Shown: piece by piece, positions 1 to 10,757 of the stretch
Layout: each line of letters begins with the position of its first letter
How positions within the stretch are numbered: position 1 is the stretch's first letter
Source: Epithemia pelagica
Taxonomy: Eukaryota > Protista > Bacillariophyta
DNA length: 64,000 nucleotides
Assembly (NCBI GenBank): GCA_946965045.2
Contig: OX337233.1
Location: 2,914,001-2,978,000 of the forward strand
Reading direction: 5' to 3'
The notes under the pieces: model-generated
What the model saw: the letters and a program-made list of their open reading frames with translations, nothing else
The model's database searches: none
What the model was told of the DNA's origin: nothing
Program-made: the position numbers and the translations under genes

Positions 1-4
1 TCGC

Positions 5-1114
5 ATGGGACGGTCTCCCAAGAAAGAAACGGAGAAGAAGACGACGACTGTGTCGGATTCGGCTGCTGCGGCGACGAATGACCCACCAGCCTGTGAATCG
101 GACAAGGAGAATGGTAACGACGACGACGACTCGGTCGACAGCTATGATTTCTTGGGAGCGCAGCGACCACAACACTGTGAATGGGACTATGTTCCCGAAG
201 TCATTTTCTCTTCTAGTTGTACGGAGATGCGTCAGAAACTACGGCAACTCGGGGCTTCGTTGTCGTTCATCGACGGCGGTGATGACACGGAGTCGGAGGG
301 ACAAGGAATGGAATTTTCCAACGAGCAAGACTTTTGGAAACGAATGGAACAACCCCTTGTGCACAAAGACGCCAAGGTGGTGAAAACGGCGGAAACCAGC
401 CCGTCCATACAAGCCGAACTGGTAGCCCTTCGACGTGCACAGTCCATGGGACAAACGGTCGGTCCGGATATCACCGTCAAGACCAAAAACAACAACAACA
501 AGACCAAAAGCCAAGCGATGAAGCGTCGACCACGGGCACGGCATTTGCCACCCTTGGTCGTTCGGGGTGACGCCAATTGTGCACGGTTTGCCGAACTGTA
601 TTTGAATTGGTGTGGTCTTTCATCCATGACAGCCGGCAGTGGTCACCGACCCGTCCTCTTGTGTCGACAAAAACTTGGTCCGTTTCTTTATTCCTCGACA
701 AAGCAATTGCGGGTCCAACGATTGGTACGCTCAAAAAATCAGGGACTTGTCGTTAAGGGGTACATTCTGCCATGTGCTCTTCGAGAACTTTTGTGCGCAT
801 TTGTTGGGGTGTCTGGGATCAAATCCGATCATGCCTCGGAGGACATGATGAAAAAGGATGATTCGCCAGAGCCGCTCGTCACGTGTCAGTTTCGCCTTTC
901 CAAGGGCCATGAGACATCGTTACCTACACAGGAAGGTCAAATCGGTGGACCATCCACATGTCTGTTCAATGGTGGGAGTTGGTCTTCTCGAGAGGAACCG
1001 AAAGATGAGCTCTACTGTTCTTTCGGAGATGTGGCCGTGCGAGGCAAAATGACTCTGTCCAGTCCCAGGGTGTTTTCCGTCAAGGTGGAACGGCAAACCG
1101 TGTCAGTGCTTTGA
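5..1114 (+). CDS. DONSON-like (humpty dumpty family) protein, probably the 3' part of a gene starting left of the window
   Basis: 369-aa ORF. The segments SSCTEMRQKLRQLGASLSF, PPLVVRG..FAELYLN and PVLLCRQKLGPF..S.KQL..LVVKGYILPCAL follow the order and pattern I recall for the DONSON C-terminal half. Recognised from memory only. Confidence 0.5.
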   Translation: MGRSPKKETEKKTTTVSDSAAAATNDPPACESDKENGNDDDDSVDSYDFLGAQRPQHCEWDYVPEVIFSSSCTEMRQKLRQLGASLSFIDGGDDTESEGQGMEFSNEQDFWKRMEQPLVHKDAKVVKTAETSPSIQAELVALRRAQSMGQTVGPDITVKTKNNNNKTKSQAMKRRPRARHLPPLVVRGDANCARFAELYLNWCGLSSMTAGSGHRPVLLCRQKLGPFLYSSTKQLRVQRLVRSKNQGLVVKGYILPCALRELLCAFVGVSGIKSDHASEDMMKKDDSPEPLVTCQFRLSKGHETSLPTQEGQIGGPSTCLFNGGSWSSREEPKDELYCSFGDVAVRGKMTLSSPRVFSVKVERQTVSVL

Positions 1115-1339
1115 CGCATACGAATTGTACTATTGAGAAATGCGCTTGTACGACGGTTCTCTGTACCATGCACAGGTGAGTGGTTCCGTTGAAAGCTTCA
1201 CTCTTTTCATACAGCATGTGTTTGATAACGATAATGCTCATCTCGAGATTCTCACATCTATCTTTGTCGTTCCTCGTTAATTTGAAATCTATCGATTTAG
1301 GAGCTCTATTTGTGTCGTTCTGAATCCTCGCACAACAAA

Positions 1340-4156
1340 TTAGTCAAAGCCAGACGATGTAGATGCTTCTTCATGAAGCACTTCGAGAGGTGGCTCATTG
1401 CGCTCCCATTCAGAGTTGGCATTGCTATCCATGGAGCTTTCGCGCAAGGACCAAAGTCGGCCCACCATTCGACCTGGGTCACTGTTGGAGCTTTCTCGTC
1501 GCCCACTCCCCGATGATGTGTCTCGGTTGCTGCCATATCTGGAAGACCACTTGTGCACACTGAGTGGCAAAGGAGCCTCTTTATCGTTTCCGCTCGTCTC
1601 AGAGTATCCTTCTTTCTGGAGCAACTTTGGTGCGAAGTAAATTCCGATTGTCGTTAGAGCGTCAAAACTGAAAATAAGACTCCGGGCAGCTGCTACATCG
1701 GCATGGTTTAGTGAACCATCCAGAACGTATGTAATAGCTCGAAGAATGACGAGGACAAACTGGGAATAGATCATCATTGCCAGCACCTTTGTTTCGTTCA
1801 AATCCTCGCGAACTTTTCGTGTTTGGAACGCCAACACCGAAGCACAAAGCAATAAAAGGGCTTGCCATGAAACACCCAAAAAGTTCCATACTTCTTGGTC
1901 CGAGCCGCAGTAATACGAGCGCTTCACAACGGTTTCACCATTCTCCGATTCGTTCTCGGTCAGTTCAAACTCTTCGTCTTTTCTCGGGGGGTCCATCGTT
2001 GTCCACAGAACAAGGCAAATGAAAACCAAGACGCAAAAGAACAGCACTGCTCCAAAGAGTGATGCCATCGTGAGCTTCACGCGTCGCATTTGTTGAGTTG
2101 CCACCATGAGTCGGTTGATGGCAGCAATTTTGACGATCAACGGAACAAGTTCAAGGGTATAGCCAAAGTTTATAAACCACCCAATGGCAACGCAAATGGT
2201 ATTTGTGGGAGGGAGAGCTGTCATCAGCGACCCAATTGAAACAAGCAATAGGCCGATAAGCAAAAGAAAGAGAAACTCGATCTGAGCGTACCGGATGGCC
2301 GTTTTCTGCCGTTGAATAAAGACGAGGATACTTGTGGAGATAGTCGTAAAAATTGCCAAGCAAGCAAGGGCCAGAGCGACGTAGAAGAAAGGTTGCTTGT
2401 ACACATCGTCATCGTCCACGACCACTCGAAGATGGGTCCTTTGCACGAATGTTTTAAGAATGTCGAGATTGTCCAACACCCATTCACACGTCGCATCCCG
2501 AGGGTCAAGACCGAACTTATCAGTATCCTTCTGAAACCACCTTTCAAAAATCTCTCCTACCTGGAGTTCAGATATGCGGAAGTTCTTAACGGCTTCATAA
2601 GCAGGGCTATGCAGAGCCTCTGGCTTATCGCTGTCGAATGAGATATCGCGAAGAGCAGTGGTAATGAGCTTGATGAGGGAATGAGGCGCCTCTGCACAGG
2701 ATCCTCTGGGATCACCGAATCTCAAGGCAGGATCATCTCCGCATCGATCTTCTGGGTTGATTCGGTTATCTACGCATGTCTGTGTAGGTGGAGGAAATGT
2801 GACACTAAGAAAGTCAGAATCAGTCCCCAGAAACTGCTGATACAACGCCTCAGGTCTCCACCACAGCATGAGAACATCTGAATCTGTGGCGTTGGCGGCG
2901 TTCCAGATTTGTACCATTTCTCCGTAGGAATATCCGTTTGAGCCAGGTTGCTTGCCATTGCTCTTGACGGCAATGCCGAGATGAAGCGCTTGCTGCGCGA
3001 CATCTGCTCAGTCATTGGAAACCGGAATTCATGTGATAAGTTGAGAAGTGTCACGAAAGGTGTAGAAAACAAGCACAGCAGACTTACAACTTTGCCATCC
3101 ACAGGGATAATCGACAATGTGCCCAGTACAGTTTGGGTTTATGTTGCATTGGTTTTCTTCCGTCGCTCTAAAGTAACCAGTGTAGGAGCCTTGTACAAAG
3201 TACATTCCATTCTCATCCTCTGTTCCAGGAGGACGTTGTGCGAATTTGTCGGGAGTTTCGCAGTTATTTTCAGATACAAACTTACAATACTCCTCCCAGG
3301 TGGTGGGTCTTTTAAAGACCTCTGCCACTTTTTCCCTATTTTCTTCGCCTTGAAGCCCGAGATATGACAAAAAGGCGGGGTGTTCTCTAGCAGTCTTGCG
3401 CCGCATGAACCACATTTGTTCTCCCAGCGCACCGAGTCCTCCGGGAGCTTCAATTACCTGTTCGTTCCACAACTTCATGACGGCAGCAGAACGTCCTGAC
3501 CAGACCTCTACAAAAACAAAAGTGGTGAGAAGGATTTTCAGCTGCCGAACGATCGGCTGGATGATACGGCATCATGGACTTTTAAAATGTAAACTCTCAT
3601 GCAACTTACCAGGAATAACGTGAGTGCATGACGTATATTCTTCAGAGTCTTTCAGAGTTCGACAGTCTTTGACTTGATCGGCTCTTCGCATGGCGTCCCA
3701 ATCGTTGGCCCCTCCGTAGTCAAAAGACGAGTTAATATCGTAGAAGTCGACATTCAAATTTGGCCGGCTCGTCTCAATTGTTACCGGAACATCCATAAGT
3801 TCACTGAGAATGATTTGCAAGATCCAGGAAATGAAAAAGACAGCTTCCCAGTTCTGACTTGACACGCGTACTTCGGTGTAGCCCAACTTGGATGGTTGAC
3901 AATAGCCTTTTTCTGCCGACGAGGGCGGGTCTTCCGATGTGCATGTTCTCACTTTATAGTGATCTTTGTTGTAGTTTGCCAAACATCCACCCGCATGATA
4001 GGGATTGGTGCAAAAGCCATTGACACATTCAGAGCCTTTTCGTACGGCGTCTTCGCAGTCAAAAATACTGTAGCATCTGACAAGCGCATGTACGTCATGT
4101 CCTATAGCCGTCCATAATATGCACAGGTACAGCAGGAGCTTCTTGAGAGAGACCAC
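1340..4156 (-). CDS. Class-C (7tm_3, GABA-B-like) GPCR-like protein, paralog A1; exons 4156-3610, 3507-3088, 3003-1340
   Basis: Three ORF pieces are joined by GT-AG introns (3609-3508, 3087-3004) into 2631 nt (877 codons). Signal-peptide-like N-terminus, Cys-rich module, large ectodomain, then seven hydrophobic segments with IRYAQIEFL, LIVKIAAINRL, AFQTRKV.EDLNE. Colinear with 7574-10377. Start codon uncertain. Confidence 0.85.
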
Positions 4157-6020
4157 GGTAGACCAAGTGCGAAATTGAAGGATTGATGATTGACGAAGTT
4201 ATGCAAAAAATGCCGGAAATATGTGGACGCAAGTTCGAAGGCCTAACGCACAATCTCGAACAACTTTCCTACTTTCTCCATCAGATCTGTGACTCGTTTG
4301 ATAAAATCTTCTGATATCTCCTGTAAGAAGTGCAATGGTTGTTTCTGCCTGGGTAAAGACCGAAATCTGATGGGGAGTATCCCCCAGCTAATATTTGTGT
4401 ACTCGAATATCAGTAGAATACTCGTACTCTTATTCTACTTATACTCGTACCCGTACAGTCGTGACGGTATTCGTAAAACTAGGCATAATTAAAATTCTAT
4501 CAATTCGTATAAGAACTGACTGGGAAGAATGATAGGACTTACTTTTTATTCCTCGTAACAATGGTACTTACTACCTACTGGAAGTACTAGCAAGGAGTAC
4601 CTAGAGGAAATCGTTTTTGTCCATTACTGCTTCGTGACAACATCAAATCCCATCTTCCAATTCCAATTTCCAATTGGCCATCAAAAAAATATTATTTCGC
4701 CGGTCATTTTTCTCGTGAAAGAGATCACACAAAAGTGCAGTCATCTGTCAGCATTCAGCAACCAGCAACCAGCTTCAGGCACTCTCTCTAGGGAACTCGA
4801 ATTGTGTTTTATCGTCACCACACGACCACTTTTCTTTGTTGCGTAATGGGAAGCGGGGCAATGTTGTGTTGCCTCTCCCCATTCTTCCAATCTCGAGACT
4901 GTCAGAAATCGAAAAAATGTCCCTTATTTAATTAGTACTCGGAGTTCATCGTCATAATCTGTTGGTACCAACCTACCTACCTAGTCATGTCGGAACTAGG
5001 AGGAGGAGGTCTCTAGAGAATGGCGCCATTGCTCTCGACACAGCAATAGCCAACAATGGATTTCAAAGAATAATCATTCACAGTCTCATGGCGCGGACTC
5101 CAGAGAAACAAACCTGGACGAGAAACAACAAGGGATTGACAAGGAGGGGTGGCATGCAATACGAGACACTTTTTCTGATGAGGCTACATGCCACCGTGAC
5201 CCGTTTCTCTTCCTTGGAAATAGGCTGAAATTTGTGATTGTGTATTAGCAGTGGCATGGATTTTCCTAGAGGTGGAGTGATTCCCATGATGCGATGAATT
5301 TCATTTCAAATCCCCACCAAACCAAACTGTGGTGAACAAGTTACGGGAATCTTCCAGCAGAAAACGGATTGAAGCAATTATTCAGTGTTCGAGTTGAGTG
5401 TTCAGTGTTCAGTGCCTTAGTGTTGAGGGTCTTCGTCGCATGTCAACTGTCCATTGTCTACTCGTACCTTCCTGCATGGAACGAGATGGTGGGTAGGCAA
5501 CCTCTTTTCGAGCCGTTGGAGGTGCCAACCAAGTGCAAGTGTTGAAGATTATTTAACGTTTGCATGCTTGAGATTTCTGATTGGGTAGATCACTGCCATC
5601 AACTATACGACTAAAGAGTACTTGCCCTCCGGTCATCGGTGGCTCCCCTTCGAGAAACCACCGACTTTTATGGCCTTGGCAAAAATAAAAAATAATAATA
5701 CGAGTACGAGTACTCGTAGTTGGACAGAACTTACTGGTTGTGGATTTTTCTCACGAATCCTTTGGGCGTATACGTTAATTTTGATATCCCCCATTTGCAT
5801 GGTTGGTACAATTTCCTTCATACTATTACCATTGCTAACTGCTGAGGATTGAGCTTGACAGTGTTGCTTTTTGGTGAAGAAGCAAGTTTGGCGTAAACCC
5901 AAACAACCAATCTCCAATCTCCAACTGCCCCATGACCATCCATCGGCAAACTTCCCGAACTCCTCCGTGTCTCCTGTATCCAGTTTCCACCCATAACCGA
6001 TAACTAGAGCTGTGTCAAGC

Positions 6021-6110
6021 AACAGCTTTTTTCTGCTGGAGAACTCAAGCGCTTGAGCGCTTGAGCTAGGACCAAATTCAAGCGCTCAAGCGCTCAAGCG
6101 GCAGCGAACA
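6021..6110. repeat. Left subterminal CTCAAGCG/CGCTTGAG motif cluster of the hAT element
   Basis: Several copies in both orientations, including the perfect palindrome CTCAAGCGCTTGAG at 6044-6057. Confidence 0.8.
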
Positions 6111-6434
6111 GGGCTAACACGGGAAACTATGGCAATAGACTCATCGTAGCATCTCTAGTGAAATGGTAACTTGTCATACTACATGATAGCTGATGGAAAA
6201 TCTATTTCGAAGTTACTCTTAAAAAATATTTTTCATTCCGTTGTCTTTGTGCGATCTCGTGGTGTAGCTTCTTCTTGCAAGAATAATGCCTTCTGATTGC
6301 GTGAGCTTAGTTCGTTGCTGGGCACAGACGAAGAGCTCGTAGTGAGAAGTTGTGGAGAGATTCTTGTCTAATGATGAGTCGTTCCTCTTTTCAATTGTTA
6401 GAGTCTAGCTAGCGGAGGTTGTGTAGTAGGCTTG

Positions 6435-6740
6435 TCAGAGACTTCGTCCATTTTTTCTCACTCCAACATGGTACAAATGCCAATGAACATTTTTCCTGTC
6501 CAAGAATGGGACGCAAACTCCATCAGCAGCATCTTGAGGTATCTTTGTAACACATATTTCCTTGCCTTTGTGGATGGCAATAGTAGGAGGCCTTACGTAT
6601 TCTTTTTCCATGGATGACAATTTATTCTTCTCACTATCATCATTGTCATCTGTTGGGCCCTCTTCAGCCATTTGCTCATAATTTTCATCATCTGGATGGT
6701 ATGATGACTCATTGTGATCATCACCGGATGTCTCAGGCAT
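6435..6740 (-). pseudogene. Possible 5' remnant of the hAT transposase gene
   Basis: 101-aa acidic ORF inside the hAT element, followed by stop-riddled sequence. No catalytic motif is visible, so the assignment rests on position only. Confidence 0.3.
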
Positions 6741-6807
6741 TGTAGAAAGGCTGCTAGGGGCAGACGAATGATGGTTTGCTGCGTTTTGGCACTTTCCCCT
6801 AGTCTAG

Positions 6808-6910
6808 GTGCTTGAGCGCTTGAGCTCTCAAGCAACACCCTTTCTGTGCTGGAGCTCCTCAAGCGCTTGAGAAGTCAAGCGCTTGAGCGCTTGAGCGCTT
6901 GACGCTTGAC
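6808..6910. repeat. Right subterminal CTCAAGCG/CGCTTGAG motif cluster of the hAT element
   Basis: Multiple copies, including the palindrome CTCAAGCGCTTGAG at 6858-6871. Confidence 0.8.
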
Positions 6911-7573
6911 CCAGCTCTACCGATAACCCATGAGAGAATAGAAGTTAAGAAATCGAGTATCGAGTATCGGGCAATGTACGACTACAGAAAGGAAAAGGAG
7001 AAAGGATAGCAATGTATTTAATTGTTTATTGTGGACATCTTTCACGAACCGACAATGTTTCTCTTTGAGGATTTACGCTTGTGCGTCGTCGGTCATAATC
7101 TCTCTTATGGTTCCTTGTTCCTTGGTGTCTTGATAATGACACCAATCACGGAGAATCGTTAGTTAGTGTTGTTTGCATGATGTGTTGGTCGTTGGTCTGC
7201 TGCGTGCTGCGGGAGGTTCCTGCCCTAATGTTTGTTATGTGCAACACATTCGAAGAGGATTATGAATTATGAAAGTGTCTCTCGAGAGCGATTATTGTTC
7301 TTGCGAGCTTGAATGTACCCCTACCAAACCATTAAGCCCTGGGGGATATCCTCCACTGGATTCGCTACACTGCAATTGGAAAGGAATGTCTGTGAGTTGC
7401 GCATTCAGGGCTAATGTCTTCAATGGCAGACATGCGTGCAGATGGGGGAATGCCAAAACCACGGCCACATAACTTTGTTATCCATTCGTGGATTCGTGCA
7501 TGTAGTTTCTCCGGTTTGAGACGGCAAAGATGAGGGCGATTTCCACGCAAAAACAATCAACAGAGCAAACGGG

Positions 7574-10377
7574 ATGACAATGAGTGCACGTCGGTTGCTT
7601 TCTCTTCTTGGAATCTTGATTGCACTAGGAGGACAGGTCGTCCAGGCAAGAGTGCGATGTTTCAGTATTTTTGATTGCGAGCACAAGATCCGCAAAGGCT
7701 CTGAATGTGTGGACGGCTTCTGTACCAATCCGTTCCATGTCGGAGGCTGTCTGTCCAATTGGATGGACGACCATTACAAAGTGAGAACGTGCAATTCCGA
7801 TGATCCACCATCGGCCGTCGAATTGGGACATTGTCGTCCCTCAGCACTGGATTACATGGAAGTACGAGTGGCGAGTCAGAATTGGGAATCGGCCTTTTTT
7901 GTGGCCTGGGTATTGCAGATTCTATTGAGTGAGCTCATGGACGTGCCCGTGTCCATTGAAACCGGTGTAGCAGGAAAGAATGTGGACTTTTACGATATCA
8001 ACACCTCCTTTGACTACGGTTCTTCCAATAATTGGGCAGCAGTGAAAACATCCAAAGAAGTCAGAGACTGCAGACTCGTGAGGGGTTCCGAAGAGTATAC
8101 GCCATGCCAACATGTTGTCCCAGGTGCGTTCCGATTGAATTGAAAAAAGTTTTGCTTTCATTGTTGGACGTTTTGTTGAATCTGACCTCGCTTGAATCTC
8201 CTTCTACAGAGACATGGAATGGACACACTGCTAGTCTGAACAAGTTAAAGGACGAACAGGCCATTGAAACTCCTGGTGGACTGGGTGCCTTGGCCGAACA
8301 AATGTGGTTCATGCGCCGCAAGACGGCCATGGAGTATCCAGCCTTTCTTTCCTATCTGGGACTACGAGGGGACAAAAACAGAGCTCGTATTGCCGAGGTG
8401 TTCAAACGACCGACAACCTGGAGTGATTATTGCAAGTATGTTTCCGAGGACAATTGTGAAACTCCCGACAAATATGCACAGCGGGCACCCAGCTTGGAGG
8501 GCGAAGAAAACATGTACCATGTGAGCGACTTTTACACGGGTTATTTCAGGGCGACCGAGAAGAACAACTGCACAGAGTCCCCCGATACCTGTACAGGTCA
8601 CATTGTCGACTATCCCTGCGGTTGGTCATCTTTTATTGTTCAGCAAACACACCACCTTGACATTGCTCTCGAAAGTGATGGACGCCAAAAAGGTTCCAAC
8701 GGGTACACGTATAGTGAAATGGTTCAGATTTGGACGGCCGCCAATGTGACGGATTCGCATGTCATTCTCCTTTGGTGGAAACCAGAGGCCTTGTATCAAC
8801 AGTATTTGGGGACAGACTCTGAGTTTCAAAGTGTGTCCTTGCCTCCACCAACACAAGATTGCGTGGAACATCGCATTGATCCTCAGGATCGCTGTGGCGA
8901 CGATCCGGATCCGGCCTTGAGAATTGGTGACCCGTTGGGAGCTTGTGCAGAAGGACCTCAGTCACTCCTCAAGGTCGTATCGACGGCTCTCTATGAGATC
9001 TCCATCGAGTCGGACAAGCCAGAAGCGCTGCATAGCCCTGCCTACGATGCCATCAAAAACTTTCGTCTCTCCGAGCTTCAGATTGGAAAGATTTTTGAGT
9101 ACTGGTTTCAGAGGAACTTAGATCAGTATGGCTTGGACCCGCGCGAGGCCACGTGTCAGTGGTTTGTTGAGAACCTCGACACTGTCAAGTCTTTTATTCC
9201 GAGATCGCATCCTCGAGTTGTCGTGGCTACGGATGATGTCTACAAGCAACCTGTCTTTTATGCAGCCATTGTCTTTGCGTGCTTGGCCATTTTTGCCACC
9301 TTTGGAGCAAGCGTCGGTATTTTCATACAGAGAGACCAACCCGCCATTCGATATGCCCAAATTGAGTTTCTCTATCTACTGTTGGTTGGTTTGTTGCTTG
9401 TGTCGATTGGTTCGCTTCTGACGGCCTTGCCACCGTCCGATAAACACTGTGTCGCGATTATATGGCTCGTCAACTTTGGCTACACTCTGGAATTGGTACC
9501 ATTGATTGTGAAAATCGCGGCGATTAACCAGTTGATGTTAGCCACGGAACAAATGCGTCGAGTTAAAGTACGAATGGGATCACTCTTTGGGGCTGTGATT
9601 TTCTTTTGTGTTTTCGTCGTCGTATGCTTGGCCGTGTGGACCATCATGGATCCCCCCAGAAAGGACGAAGATCTTGAGCTCACAGACGATAAAACAGAAA
9701 ATGACGAGACCATCATCCGACGCGTGTTCTACTGTAACTCAGAGAATGAGACATGGAATTTCTTGGGAGTTTCGTGGCAGGCAATTTTGTTGTTGTGTGC
9801 TTCCATTTTGGCGTTCCAGACTCGAAAAGTTCGCGAAGATCTGAATGAAACCAAGACTTTGGCAATGATGATTTATTCCCAAACAATTCTCGTGATTCTT
9901 CGTGCAATTACCTATGTGTTGGAGGACTCTTTGGATCATGCAGACGTTTCTGCGGCCAGAAGTATCATTTACAGCATTGATGCGCTCGCAACAATGGCTA
10001 TTTACTTTGTACCAAAGTTCCTTTATAAAGAGATCAATTCAAATGTGAGCAATTGGCAAAGTACAGTTGAAGAACAAGCACCCAGACTCAGCGTGCACAA
10101 GTGGCAATGCCGACAACCCCCTGGTACTCAAGGGCGTACCGTACGGACCACGGGAAGCGGGAAAATGGACGAACTGAGTGACAGTGAAGCACAGTCCTCC
10201 GTGGGGCGTGAGAATATGAGTTCTTTGCGGCATAGTTCAGTTGAATACCGGACCAATGCCGAGTGGGAGTCGTCGGATGTTGACAAGCCGCTAGACGTCG
10301 TTTCCGAGGAAGGTGATTCAGTGGTAGAATTCGTCGACGATGAAGGTGATTCTGGTGCATTTTCCAACAAGGCATGA
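7574..10377 (+). CDS. Class-C (7tm_3) GPCR-like protein, paralog A2; exons 7574-8123, 8210-10377
   Basis: Signal peptide MTMSARRLLSLLGILIALGGQVVQA. One GT-AG intron (8124-8209) gives 2718 nt (906 codons). Seven TM segments, and high similarity to the gene at 1340-4156. Confidence 0.88.
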
Positions 10378-10757
10378 GATTCATATTCAGGAGTATTTTG
10401 TATAACTTATACGTAGCTTTAACATCCATTTCTGAATGTCGATAATATAATATGCGAAAATAGCTCTTCCAGAGCAGCCACTGCACAGATCAACCCGTCT
10501 ATTGCAAGCCCTTAGCACTGGGCCGATATGCACGTGGAATACTTGAAATTGTGCGTCATCATTATGACGAAGTTTCGGAATCAAATATCCCATAGTATCC
10601 CAAGGGAAATGGCCCCATGCTATGATGGTGTAATAAACAAAGCTGGCAAGCGAAAAGGCCGAAGGACAATGTTACACCGACGATAGTTTTGCGGCGTCAA
10701 TCCAAACAAAGGACCAGTTCATTGTTCCAGCTGCCATGAAACATGTGTCCCTTCGAG

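Larger units (their letters stand above)
6005..6919. mobile_element. Non-autonomous hAT-superfamily DNA transposon (915 bp)
   Basis: TIRs TAGAGCTGTGTCAAGC (6005-6020) and GCTTGACCCAGCTCTA (6904-6919) match at 15/16. An exact 8-bp TSD CCGATAAC flanks the element at 5997-6004 and 6920-6927. An 8-bp TSD with a (T/C)A(A/G)NG terminus is diagnostic of hAT. No full transposase is present. Confidence 0.9.

Noticed and set aside
4380-5600. AT-rich intergenic region with TACTCGTA-like and CAGTGTT micro-repeats as another MITE
   Set aside because: I could not find a TIR pair with a matching TSD.
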